The position numbers and the translations under genes are program-made. DNA of 63,629 bases, counting the filler, from Asterionella formosa (taxonomy: Eukaryota), in NCBI GenBank assembly GCA_002256025.1. It is 25 parts of 25 records of this genome, joined end to end, with 100 filler letters (N's around TTAATTAATTAA, not from the genome) between each part and the next. Parts side by side here need not be neighbours in the genome. Positions count along the whole stretch, not along the records: positions 50,426 to 51,535 come from NKIB01004257.1; positions 51,636 to 52,745 come from NKIB01004259.1; positions 52,846 to 53,955 come from NKIB01004260.1; positions 54,056 to 55,165 come from NKIB01004261.1; positions 55,266 to 56,375 come from NKIB01004262.1; positions 56,476 to 57,584 come from NKIB01004264.1; positions 57,685 to 58,793 come from NKIB01004265.1; positions 58,894 to 60,002 come from NKIB01004266.1; 17 more parts are not named here. One strand, written 5' to 3'. The notes under the pieces were generated by a model. It did no database searches and was not told where the DNA came from. It was given only the letters and a program-made list of their open reading frames with translations. Shown here in pieces: positions 50,426-62,420 of this stretch; positions within the stretch are counted from its first letter, which is position 1; each line of letters starts with the position of its first letter.

Positions 50426-51535
50426 CCAGAGCACTGGCCACCTGTAGTGCAGGAAGAATACGAGCCTGTCCGCATTTTAGGGAAAGGAGGATTTGCCCTT
50501 GTTGTTCTCGCCAAATCCAAGTCAACAAAGCGCCTGGTGGCGATCAAAGTGGTGGGAGGCTCGAAGATGGACCTAGATTATGCTCATCGTGAGCTGGAAA
50601 TACTTGCTCATTTGAAGCACCCTAATATCATGCAATTAGAGGATTCTTGGGAGTGCGAAGGCAAGCCCGCTGTGATGGCATTGACCTACGTACCGGGCCC
50701 AACACTCGATACATTGCTGCGTTGCGTTGGGGCGCCGTCAATGAGTTTCTGTCGAGTAGTTTCTGCTCAGCTGGTGGACGTCATCAGCTTCCTTCATTCA
50801 CATGCCGTGATGCATAGAGACATTAAACCGGATAATCTTATTATTACTGGGGCTACTCAGGATAACGTCATTGAGGACCCTATGGAACCGTTCTCTGCGA
50901 TGCTGAAACGATGGCATTTGACTCTAGTTGATTTTGGGTTCGCTCGAGCCTTGGGTCCACAAGATTTAAATGTGGATGATTCCGAACTATCCAGCAAATT
51001 TCTTCCTTCACATGATTTAGAACGATCTCTAAATGCCTCTATTACCAAGTCTTCGACAAAGAAGAAGCTCGATCGAACCCTGTCCAAAGCCATTGTTCGC
51101 AAGTTGAGTGCTCTTGGAAACAGAGAGTATGCAGCACCAGAAATTCAGAAAGGAGTGAAAAAAAATTCTGATCGTGAGCACGCCCTATCAAACTTTACAA
51201 GTGATTATGGAATGGTAGCCGATGCTTATTCCGTGGGTTCTACGATTCGTTACATGCTGACTGGGGTATCGCCTGATCAGAGTATTAAAGAGGTCATTGC
51301 AGCTGAGCGATCCGCTGTTGTGTTACTATGCAGTTGTTTGGGAAAAATGCTGTCAGATAAAGACAAAGCAGCAAAAAAAAAGAAAACCTACAGAAGTAGC
51401 GAAGAATTACCGACTGAAGTTGTTCGACTAGTGAAAAGTATGACTCTTGCTGATGCAAAACAAAGAACATCAGTACGGGCAGCACGTCTCTATCCATGGA
51501 TAAATGATGTTTTCAATGAGTCTGCGAGATCTGGT
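50426..51535 (+). CDS. Ser/Thr protein kinase, partial
   Basis: LGKGGFA, VAIK, HRDIKPDN, DFG, GNREYAAPE and D.YSVG. Confidence 0.93.
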
Positions 51536-51635
51536 NNNNNNNNNNNNNNNNNNNNNNNNNNNNNNNNNNNNNNNNNNNNTTAATTAATTAANNNNNNNNN
51601 NNNNNNNNNNNNNNNNNNNNNNNNNNNNNNNNNNN

Positions 51636-52394
51636 CAAGACGAACACAAAAACAAACACGTATTCCAACACTTGCACCAACAACGTGGTCCCCGACACAT
51701 ATGCCAACAAGTGCGACAAGAACGAAACCCCCGACAAGACGAACACAAACACAAACACATACACAAGCAATTGCACCAACAACGTGGTCCCCGACACATC
51801 CCCCAACACTTCTGCCAACCCGTCCTGTGACGCATCCAGTATTTCCGTCAATGTTGGTGTTTGAATGAACAAGATCAACTTGTCATACTGATAGTAGTTA
51901 ATTGGTAACCACCAATCCAAGATAGTACTCCATATACTGTTAAGAAAAGCAACACATTTGATGCAATCGTGGTGGACTCGAAGGAACATGAGCCACTTGT
52001 CATTGTCATAGTATGCATACCGGTAGGCATAGTACCGCCAGTAGTCAAATGCATGCTCCTCCCAGACAAGGAGTTCACTTGGTTGGTTGGTGGTGGTTCT
52101 TGCTGCTGCTGCTTTCTTGATAATGCTCCTGGTAGCAGGTAGAGCACTAATAAGCAGCAACTCTGTTCCATTTGTCTTCCAGCTGAAATTCTCGGAAAGT
52201 ATAATGGATTCAATGGGCGTTGCACTTCTGCACTCCTGCACCCATTGCATCATGCCAAGCCTCTCTGCAAAGTCTTGTTGAAAAGCCACATTTTGTTCCC
52301 CGAACTTGGAGTTCGAGTAGGCATACCGTGGCGAAGACAACATTGACTTTCCTAGAAAGGTCAAGGCGAAAAGTAAAAGTAAAAGTAGATTCAT
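51636..52394 (-). CDS. Possible membrane protein with a duplicated C-terminal hydrophobic segment
   Basis: Long ORF with a signal-like MNLLLLLLFALTF start and a repeat of about 100 bp (VSGTTLLVQ...YVFVFVFVL twice); no recognisable family. Confidence 0.35.
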
Positions 52395-52845
52395 TTTATT
52401 CGTTTCTGTTGAGCACGGAAACGGAAACGGAAACGGAAACGCAAAGACATGGAACGACGACAATGGAAGAAGTGGCTGGTGTGAGCAAGCGAATTGGAAT
52501 TGGAATTGGAATTGGAACTGGGACTGGAACTGCAGTTTCTCGTCTCCTTCCCATGATGAGGGAAGTAGAGCGAGTCGAAAGCAAGCAGGAAGGAACGAAC
52601 GAGACGAGACGAGAAGAGACGAGACGAGACGAGCAATTCAATTGACGAAAACTTACATTATTTGTTTGGCATAAAACACTGTTCGTCGTATTCTATGAGC
52701 AAAACCGTGGCAAAGCAAAAATTGAATAGAGTCAAGGCAAGCAAGNNNNNNNNNNNNNNNNNNNNNNNNNNNNNNNNNNNNNNNNNNNNTTAATTAATTA
52801 ANNNNNNNNNNNNNNNNNNNNNNNNNNNNNNNNNNNNNNNNNNNN

Positions 52846-53955
52846 TCGTCCATTCATTCTCGTCTTCTTTAGTATCATAGTCGATGGATTGTTGTGTTGG
52901 CTTCTCGCTTTCTTGTTCAACCTCCAACACCGTTTCCTTTAGAATAGGCGTTCCTTGCACATGGTACATTGCACCAATTGTTCTCGTTTCATCACGTTTA
53001 CAAATCAAAAATCCGTTGTTGTTTCTGATCGTCATCTTATCATCGTCAAACATAACTTTATTTCCCTTGTCAATAATTCTCGAAATACTGATAATGTTCT
53101 GCTTGAACTCCGGTGCATAGAGCACATTGGTGAGTTTCAACACTTTTCCTTTGTCTGTCGTCGTAAGGGTCACCGTGCCTGATACGGTCGCAACAATTGC
53201 TGCGCCGTTTCCCACAAGAACAGTTTCACGCACTGCGCGCTTGTCCTCCATGATGCGCTCATCATTGCATATATGTACCGTAGCGCCACTATCTAGTAGC
53301 CAACGGTCCTTATGCACGCACGTATAATTTACCTCTTCATTGTACCTTGCCTCAATACACGTCACCACGAACATTCCTTGCGTAGTAGTATTGGCGTCTT
53401 CTCCCTTCTGTTTGATTGGTGCATTTTTTTGATTGTTGCACTCACTGGCATAGTGCCCCATCTTCTGGCAATTATAACACTTCACATTCTTTCTCTTATT
53501 TCGTTGCTCGGGAGTTAATTCTCTCTTTTCTGTAGTATTGCCCTTGCTTCGGCAATCAACTGCCTTGTGGCCATACTTGCCACACTTCCTGCAGTCTCCC
53601 TTAAACTTGCTTTTTGAAAAGAAGGCCTGCTCGCCATTCTTATTCGTCTTGGTTTCGTCACGCACATACAAATCGTAATAGTCGCGTACATTCTTCTTGA
53701 CCTCTTGGATCGTGAGCTCGGAGCTCGCGAGACCAAATTTTCCAACCACCAAACTCTTGTAGACTTCCGGTAGGTTGTTGATAACATGGGCCACATAGGC
53801 ACCATCCGAAATTGCGGAGCTCGTATGACTCAATCGTTCTCGAATTCTATCCAACTCCACAAACCAAATGTCGGGGTTCTCATTCTCGTTAATCGTGCAT
53901 TTTGTCCACTGACCTGACAAGGCAATCACATTTGCCATATTACTTGACTCGTACG
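52846..53955 (-). mobile_element. Copia gag-protease fragment (two CCHC knuckles, WLLDSGAT protease)
   Basis: CRKCGKYGHKAVDC, CYNCQKMGHYASEC and WLLDSGATVHICN; frame intact. Confidence 0.92.
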
Positions 53956-56475
53956 NNNNNNNNNNNNNNNNNNNNNNNNNNNNNNNNNNNNNNNNNNNNT
54001 TAATTAATTAANNNNNNNNNNNNNNNNNNNNNNNNNNNNNNNNNNNNNNNNNNNNAAAAGTACTATCAAATAATGTTGATTACTAATTCAACAACCGGTA
54101 TTTCACATTACATGGGAAACAAATCTCGATATGCAATCAAACAAAGCTGTTCTATCAGAATGGAATCTTCAGTCTTGAGAAGGCAGGCATTATGAGACAT
54201 CTGTAAGGACATTGCAAGACAAGGAGAAGCCATTCATTCAGAAGGGGGAAATTATTCACTCTTGAACAGGCATCATTCTACGAAGTTGCAACATGAATGC
54301 ATCCTCACACACTGATTTCCTTCTTGTACTTGAAATGACTTCTTCATTGACCTGCAGAGATTTTCATAACAACAGTGTGTCAGTAATGTATATGATAGAA
54401 CTAGCAACAGCAGAAAGCAACACACAGTTCATTCCGGACTTCATTGTCCCTGCCTGTTGTCAACAACAATGCGTGAGCTGACAAGCCATACTATCATTTA
54501 GGTACACAACAAGAACACACTCACCATTCAACTGTATTGCAGAGTTCTTTTATTTGAGTCGAGGATTCAATTGACATTGCAGCAACCTATGCAGTTACAG
54601 AAACAATGAGAAGGAATGATTTGTTAGCTAGTAGTCATGTTACATTGAAACAACGACACGCAATTCCATCGTATCCTCTTGCTTCACTTACCACAAATCA
54701 ATGCAACTGATGCATAAGTCTGTAATAGTAACTTGTCAGTAAGCCAAATTCTTGAAAAAGTAAGTTTCGGGTATCCAATGTTGTTGAATAAACTTACCGG
54801 TACATTTTTGTCATCTTAACTTTGTTAGAAGGTAAACGTTTTGTCAGCTTTGTTCCAACAGAAGTGAATAGGTCCAACGAGCGACAAGAGCACTTACGCA
54901 ATTTGGTTTGGATTTGTTTTACATTGGTGCTCCCCAACAAGCGAAACGAGCTGTTTAATCAACTGAGAAAAAAGGAAATGTGGCTGCGTTTAGTTAACAA
55001 TTTGTTGTTGTCCTGCCTCCCAACGATTGTCATCCAAATACCACATTGATGGCTTCATTATATTACCTTAAACATTCTCCATCCTTCGAAGGCGCAATGT
55101 GTCGAAGTCACAATGTTTTTCGTTATGTATTGCAAAAAATTTCTTTTCTTGTCATGTGCTTTACTNNNNNNNNNNNNNNNNNNNNNNNNNNNNNNNNNNN
55201 NNNNNNNNNTTAATTAATTAANNNNNNNNNNNNNNNNNNNNNNNNNNNNNNNNNNNNNNNNNNNNTCAAATGAATTATTTGAAACATCAACTAATTCAGT
55301 CTCGCGTTCAAAATTCATTGTGAAAACTTCACATGAAGCAGTTAAAACTTCACATGAAACCGTTAAAAGTAATCTTTTTTACGTGAAGAGTGGCATTAAT
55401 GCATGTGAAGTACCACATAATTATCACTCATACGTACACGAAATTTCGAAAAGTGGCGTATTTCGCGTCTTAGATGTTGGAGGAAAGAAAAAGAAGCTGG
55501 ATGACTGTATCTCAAACACAATGTATTTCGGTCTTCATACTTTCATACGTTGATATACTTTAGCAAAGTACAAGAAGGTTGACTCAGGCATGCATTGTAC
55601 TGCTACACCACACGTGTTTTGTAATGGAGCTATATCATCAAACTTAGCTAGTACTCTTTCCACTTACTACTGTGTGTGATTGATTATATTCTAGCATGTA
55701 TTATCTTCCCTAGTTTTGAGTTTCATCATACTTCTCATGGTCCATTCCTCCACCTTAGACCAAATGTCCTGTTCATTTCGCTTAGTAGCTAATAGCAAGT
55801 CAATTGCTAGTGCTTATGGTCACTCCAATGCAAAAAAACGGTAAATACTCAAAGGAAATAAGTGCCCTCACAGATCCATCGACTCATTCTATTAGTCCAA
55901 ATGTTTACAATGCTCTAAGTGGTGATGGATCTGTGAGATCACAGCAAGGAACAATGAAAAGCGACGGTCGGTTAAGGCCATTATCAAGGTAAAACAACAA
56001 GTATTTTTGCATCATAATTATTTCAGTAGAAGGGTTAGGGTTATTGTTTGTACTAGGTCTGCATGAGCCTGCCCGATATTCTCAAACTTTGCACTTAGCC
56101 ATTTATAAAATTATTGCGAACAGAATGGTGCAGGTGAACCTGACCTCGTTTTATTTTTTTGCGCATTTTTTGTAGCATCATGTCCCGATTGGAATCTTTG
56201 CTCAGGACCCCCTTTTTTCGTTGACCCTTCACTAAACACTAACCAATTAGACATAACACGAAGGATTTGACGCCAGAACAGCGACAATGCATTGTCGATT
56301 GCTTGCTTCATGACCTCAAAAGGGAGGCTGATGAGACCGTTGGCATGGATGGCCAGCTCGCCATAAATCCGGGTGNNNNNNNNNNNNNNNNNNNNNNNNN
56401 NNNNNNNNNNNNNNNNNNNTTAATTAATTAANNNNNNNNNNNNNNNNNNNNNNNNNNNNNNNNNNNNNNNNNNNN

Positions 56476-56542
56476 GTCGTCGAGCAAGAAGCGGATTACG
56501 CTTGAATTTGCGTGTCTTCACTACAACAGCTCCGTCAACCAT
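56476..56542 (-). CDS. RPS24: 40S ribosomal protein eS24, 5' fragment (allele 2)
   Basis: Identical to 24022-24088; upstream about 400 bp is near-identical apart from SNPs and indels. Confidence 0.85.
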
Positions 56543-56859
56543 GGTGAATTGATTGTTTTTGTTATAAACTACCCGAGACGATGATGCGCAAGACGATCAA
56601 TTTGGAAATTAGTAACATCGGTAAGACGGTAAAAGAGTCGAGTTGTAAGTAGCAGCGGACAGACGAAGGGGCCTTCACTCCATGCGCTCACCGCACACTA
56701 GCCCATGCACCATGGTGCATGCCAGTCATAAATTATCCTACCCGTAGACCTACTACCAGGTACCTGGTAACAGTTACAGTGGAGGTATCATAAGTACCAG
56801 ATATGGTGCATGACTACGTACATGCAAGTTGCGGTCACAATTTATTTAGAAATGGGACC

Positions 56860-57030
56860 AGGTGAGTACCTGGTACTGGTACCAGGTACCGTTTGGACAC
56901 CGGAAGTAATTAGGTACCAGGGTACCAGGTACCGGGTGGTACCCTGGTACCCTTGGTACCAGGTACCTATGTAATATACCTTCTCGTTTTACATGGTACC
57001 AGGTACCAGGGTACCAGGTACCAGGTACCT
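56860..57030. repeat. Largest GGTACC-centred palindromic array (chained TA-CC(N)GG units)
   Basis: For example GGTACCAGGTACCAGGGTACCAGGTACCAGGTACCTG. Confidence 0.9.
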
Positions 57031-59196
57031 GACATACTTTGCACGGTACTGTACCCTGTTTTTTCCCGTGCACAGGGTGCTTGGCGTGAAAATTGCCTCT
57101 TTGTGCATTATTTAAGTAGGAAAAAGATATTTCGTCCCCCTATTTCGATATTTCGTCCCCCTCTTTTTATAAACCCTGAAACCCTAGCCTACATAGCCTT
57201 CATACAAACCACCAATATTTTTTGCTACACGGAAATCAGTTGGCTCGTTGACACTGCCGTGACGGCTGCTACTCATACACATGCACATTATTTTGTTCGA
57301 ATCAACTCTGATGCCTCAACCAAAGCTGTCGGAGCCTATTGAGGACAATACAGAGGAGGTACTGGACGGCCCTGTACAGGCGTTCTACGGCGCTGTAATT
57401 CGATGATACAGAGCGCATTTGCGCACTTGAATGATCACCCATCGACCTTCGCTCAGTATACATGATGTCAAGGCGAGATTATTGTGGACCTTATCATCTT
57501 CTCTGGTTTCCATAAAAAGAGCAACAGAGGGAAAGCGACGGTACATCCCAACGATGTTGTGTCAACTCAGGGTCAATCTTTGGGNNNNNNNNNNNNNNNN
57601 NNNNNNNNNNNNNNNNNNNNNNNNNNNNTTAATTAATTAANNNNNNNNNNNNNNNNNNNNNNNNNNNNNNNNNNNNNNNNNNNNGTTGAAATCAGTCGAA
57701 CAAAATCGGCAAATACAATCAAAGTATGCTTTATTGACAATTGATCCACATTGATCTATGTAAAGTTGCATTGGAGTCCCTAAATGGGCCCCAAGGGATT
57801 GATGAATGAGGATGAGGCCATTGTGGGATGTTTTTGGGCTGCAGACTGGGAAACTATGCATAGAGATGGTAAGCAATGAGAAGGAACCTCTTGTGGGACT
57901 CTTGAGAAGATTTGTTAAAATTAGCTCCTAAGGATCCCCAGTTCCCAGGAAATTTGGCAAGTGTAGGCAATTTTTATTTTTCCTAGGGGTAAATGCAGGA
58001 ACCTTAATCTACAAATGGAGCTCCTTCGTTGTTTTGTGCTGCCACATGGCCTGTGTCAACAACATGTAGCATACAATGTGACAGGGAATGCACTGAAAAT
58101 ACTGCTCTGAGTTGACCTGTTGCCACTTATTTTTCTTTATAAATGTATTAATTTTCTATGTAACTGAATTTATACATAACGGAAATGGTCGAATCCACAA
58201 AACATCATGGATTTTTGTATTATAGAATCTACAGAAAGGAGTTGCGTTATTTGTGCTGAATGTAAAACTTTAGCTCTCTTTATCCAATATTAAGTTTTTT
58301 ATTTAAGCGAAATGACTGCAACTTGCCAGATATCATCCCTCCTTTGCTGTAGAAATGGTAATGTAAAACATCAGTTATTCGACGTCTGTAAAATGTTGTG
58401 TTAAAGTATAGTTTTTCGTGGACTATATACTGCCCTGTTGATAAATGCAGTCATAATGCAAAACGAGAGGATTCTCCTGCTCTATTTAGTATTATGGCTA
58501 TGGTGTGATAAAGAACGTCAGAGCCTCATATACAAAATGGCAGAAAGAACGAAGACGAAAGCGCATTGTTGTTTGCCTGATCAGTGGTCGAAGTCGTACA
58601 AGTTGTAGCACCAATTTCTGATCTTGTGTTCCGTCGACCATGTCCACCGACTACAGCCGCATTGCCGATCTACACGGAGACTCCTATTTTCTTCCTTGGA
58701 ATCACTTGTCAACTTGCGTACTTCCAGGGCTGGTATTTGTCACGTTGGTGCTCACGCTCTTCTATTGTACGCACCTTTGGCTGCAAGCTTCCANNNNNNN
58801 NNNNNNNNNNNNNNNNNNNNNNNNNNNNNNNNNNNNNTTAATTAATTAANNNNNNNNNNNNNNNNNNNNNNNNNNNNNNNNNNNNNNNNNNNNCTGTTGT
58901 TATAAAATCTTGGTGTGGTTTCTGAGGTTTTGGGTAGCCATCATTCTTTCCAGAATTGGTGAACAACATAGTGGCAGTGCGCGGTATGACTCTGTGGCTA
59001 TTGCCGGAGACATCATCATCGGAACCTGGTATTAACAAGCACTTTATCATATGCCAAAATGTTTTCACATTTGGCAGATCCAGCTTTGAATGTTTTAAGC
59101 TGTCAGTATAACTCTTGAAAGGAAACACTCACATGGCTTTTCCTTCCATGGTATTTGCATGTGCTTTATATGTTGCAGTTGTTTTGAATGTTTGTT

Positions 59197-59688
59197 TCAA
59201 CAAACGAATAGGAGGGTTATAGATTTTCTTGGAAGTACAAAAAGATTTCGCCACATGTAAAAATGGATCGTCTTTTTCTTCTGTTCCAAAAACTCATCTG
59301 GAAGGAAAGTTAAATTAAGGAAAAACACACATTCTTGTTCAATTCCGTCGATAACATAAAGGAAGTTATCGGTTCTCAGAATTGTTTTGATTAACCGTAT
59401 TGAATCAGTGATGAAACATAGGAAATCGTCTATTTCTGCTGCATTTGGTGGCATATTGTTGTCTTTCTGATGTAGTTTAAAATCTCGAGGAAAGTGAGTT
59501 TTCCATAAAATCATCGCTGGTCTTATATGTTTCTGAAATTTCCTTGAAGTTTCAAATGATGTTTTGTTAAACAAGCCAGACTCTAGGACCACATAGAATT
59601 TGATGAGAAAAAAATCCAGGACACTGTCATCTAGTCTCGTCTCCTTGCCTTTGTCATCATGATCAAAGTATCTAACCGTGAGAGTCAT
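59197..59688 (-). CDS. Hypothetical ORF (163 aa), no family recognised
   Basis: ATG-initiated ORF of plausible composition; may be a TE or pseudogene fragment. Confidence 0.3.
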   Translation of the reverse strand: MTLTVRYFDHDDKGKETRLDDSVLDFFLIKFYVVLESGLFNKTSFETSRKFQKHIRPAMILWKTHFPRDFKLHQKDNNMPPNAAEIDDFLCFITDSIRLIKTILRTDNFLYVIDGIEQECVFFLNLTFLPDEFLEQKKKTIHFYMWRNLFVLPRKSITLLFVC

Positions 59689-60102
59689 CGTTCCTTAGTA
59701 CTCTTCCGTTATCTCTTGAACAGACACGAAATACGCCATAGAAACAGGTTTTCCCTGATTGAACAATCTGCAATCGGTATCCCCTTCACAACCAAGATCG
59801 TTCCATTTCTTGTAGCACTCGGAACGTTTCCCATTCCAGATAACAAGTGATATATTGCACTATCGACAGCGTGCAAATGTCAAGTTGTCAAGAGAAACGT
59901 GACTGTAACAGAACAAGGAAGCAGAAAGGGATAATGGTCTGTCAACTATAGGATTATACAGTGGGCAAGTGCTGGATCGGAAGCAATGCAGCACCGACAT
60001 AANNNNNNNNNNNNNNNNNNNNNNNNNNNNNNNNNNNNNNNNNNNNTTAATTAATTAANNNNNNNNNNNNNNNNNNNNNNNNNNNNNNNNNNNNNNNNNN
60101 NN

Positions 60103-61211
60103 CCATGACCCAGAAGTGATTACCTACAACGGATTTCGCGTAGGGTCCGCTGATGTCCATAAACAGTCTCTCTCCAGGTACTGTCGATTTTTCTTGCGTT
60201 GTTTTTGGGACGGCTCGTGCTTTCGCTTTCGCTGCCGCACAGCCTGTGCACACTGTCATGATGCCGCTCAACTTCCAGCCATTCAAATAATTTCGCCGTA
60301 TCGTGCAAGCATTTCTCACCCACATGACCAAGCATCGCATGCGCTTCATTAATATCAACAATCACATAATTATTTTCAAACTCACCATTTTGATTATTCC
60401 ATTTGTTCTTTCCTTTGTTCGTTTTCTTTGCTTCAACTTTCGTCCAATCGTTTTCGTTGTAGTCGTCGATTGATTGTTGTGTAGTGTTCTCTTGTAGTTG
60501 CTCGATTTCCATCATCGTTTGCTTGATGATCGGATTACCTTCGACATGATACATTGCTTCGAGTTTTCGAGTTTTATCTCTTTTGCAGGTCAGAAAGCCG
60601 CTCTTGTTTCGTATAGTCATCGTATCGTTCCATTCCCTACCACGACCGTTTCACTCACTTGTTTCTTGTCTTCCATCATGCGCACGTCCATGCAGATGTG
60701 AACGGTAGCACCGCTATCTAACAACCAGCGATTTCTGACGTCACGAGCGAGGTTGACTTCCTCGTTGTAACTAATTTCGACGCACGTGCTGGCGACGAAC
60801 ATTCCTTGCTGGGTAGATGTAGTCGTGTTGTTTTCTTCGTTTCTATTATTCTTAGATGCACTGTTACTGGTGCACTCACTTGCGTAGTTTCCCATGCGTT
60901 GGCACTTGAAACACTTGATCGTTTTCCTCTTTTCTTTCTGCTCAGGAGTGAGCTCCTTCTTGTCGGCACTATTGCCCTTGCTGCGACATTCAGCCGCCCT
61001 GTGGCCATACTTGCCACACTTACGACAGTCACCTTTGAACTTCCCCCCTTTCGTGTAGAAGGCCTGTTCACTCTTGTTCTTGTTAGTCGTTTTGACGTCA
61101 TCCCGGACATATAGATCGTAGTAGTCCCGGATGTCTGTCTTAATCTCTTCGACCGTTAGCGTGTTGCGCGCCAGGCCGAACCTTCCTACTACCAAACTCT
61201 TGTAGCTTTCA
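60103..61211 (-). pseudogene. Copia gag-protease-integrase fragment, paralogue of 52846-53955, with deletion and frameshift
   Basis: Two zinc knuckles (second with H>N), WLLDSGAT, INEAHAMLGH and GERLFMDISGP; lacks about 50 codons at 60620 relative to the other copy. Confidence 0.9.
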
Positions 61212-61311
61212 NNNNNNNNNNNNNNNNNNNNNNNNNNNNNNNNNNNNNNNNNNNNTTAATTAATTAANNNNNNNNNNNNNNNNNNNNNNNNNNNNNNNNN
61301 NNNNNNNNNNN

Positions 61312-61649
61312 ACGACGACAAGAATGAAGATGACACTGGTGCTGATGAGTTTGCCTGTGACGATGAGGACAGTAGGATGGGTGTCCCAGGTGTTTCTCAG
61401 ATTGGTGTTTCTGGGGTTACTCAGAACCCATCAAGGAACAACAACGATTTTTCACGTGCTCCTACTAGTTCAGTTTCAAGAACGGCAACTGCCAGGCGAG
61501 CACCAACGTTTCCAAGAGCTCGCCGAAGCATGCAGAGTCGGGGTCAACAGTTCAGGATCAATGAGATTCTCTCATTGCTGGAAACCATTTCTACTCAATG
61601 TCAAACACCAAAAAACAACAGTGGTAGCAGTAGTAGTGATGATGAATAA
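61312..61649 (+). CDS. C-terminal part of an ORF convergent with the Harbinger transposase (probable accessory ORF)
   Basis: Open from the contig start to TAA at 61649; acidic and Ser-rich; tail-to-tail with the transposase. Confidence 0.4.
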
Positions 61650-61723
61650 CCTTAAATAAATTCATTCTAATATAATGTGAAAGAAGTGGTGCTAAATAAT
61701 CATGAAGGAATAATTTCTTTGAA

Positions 61724-62420
61724 TTACATGGCATATCTATTTGCATTCCTATGCAAATAGGGCATATAAACTGAAGCAATTTGGTTCTGACCAACTTTGC
61801 TAGCACAAAAGTTGTAGAGCAATACAATCATTTGGAGAATTAATTTTCTCTCACCTTTTTCTTCATAACGAAATTTGTCTTTGATTCTAGGAAATAATCC
61901 CTGAAGGCATCGCATTCCCCATTCCTCATTCCGACAGCTGTTGGATGGAGGTGGCTTGGCGATTCATACCAAATCTTTGTCGAGGAATACCATTTGCATC
62001 AACATTGTTTTGATGCGATTTCAACATTGCATTTGATTTTTTAGATGCAAATGCTGAATCCACAACTATTGTTTTGCCTGTATCCCTGTAAACTGTTTCA
62101 ATCTGATCATAGATTGATGACCAAATTGCCATGGTGGAGTCATGTAGAACACCAGGTGCATTGAAATATGAGCAGCGAATTTTTCCATCAGGCGAAAAAA
62201 GAAACAAGTTTGTCACATAGTGTTCATGGGTCCATCCATTGTAGAAGTTGTTCTGCTGTGTTTCATTTCCAGCTCGTTGCAGGGTCAGTTTCAGACCATC
62301 CATTGCTCCCCAACAATTTGTTATAAGTGGGTATTTCTGCTTGATCATGGTTGCAAACAAGGTGGCTTCGTCTGCAGTAGGCAGTCTCACAATGGCATCT
62401 TCATGTGTCAGCAGTACTTT
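61724..62420 (-). mobile_element. PIF/Harbinger (DDE_Tnp_4) transposase fragment with one frameshift near 61920
   Basis: CWGAMDG, FYNGW.H.HYV..LF.FSPDG.I, NAPG..HDS, VVDSAF, RQATS..QLSE|WGMR..QG.FPR and LLYNF. Confidence 0.88.

Noticed and set aside
54056..56375. Genes in these two contigs
   Set aside because: Only short ORFs with no recognisable motifs; a 21-bp duplication at 55323 and a possible 3' gene end at 56111-56375 are too weak to call
56860..57030. GGTACC clusters as KpnI cloning or adaptor artefacts
   Set aside because: Units vary in length and sequence, show point decay (GGCACC), avoid exons and sit at homologous positions in two alleles; raw-read confirmation is still advisable
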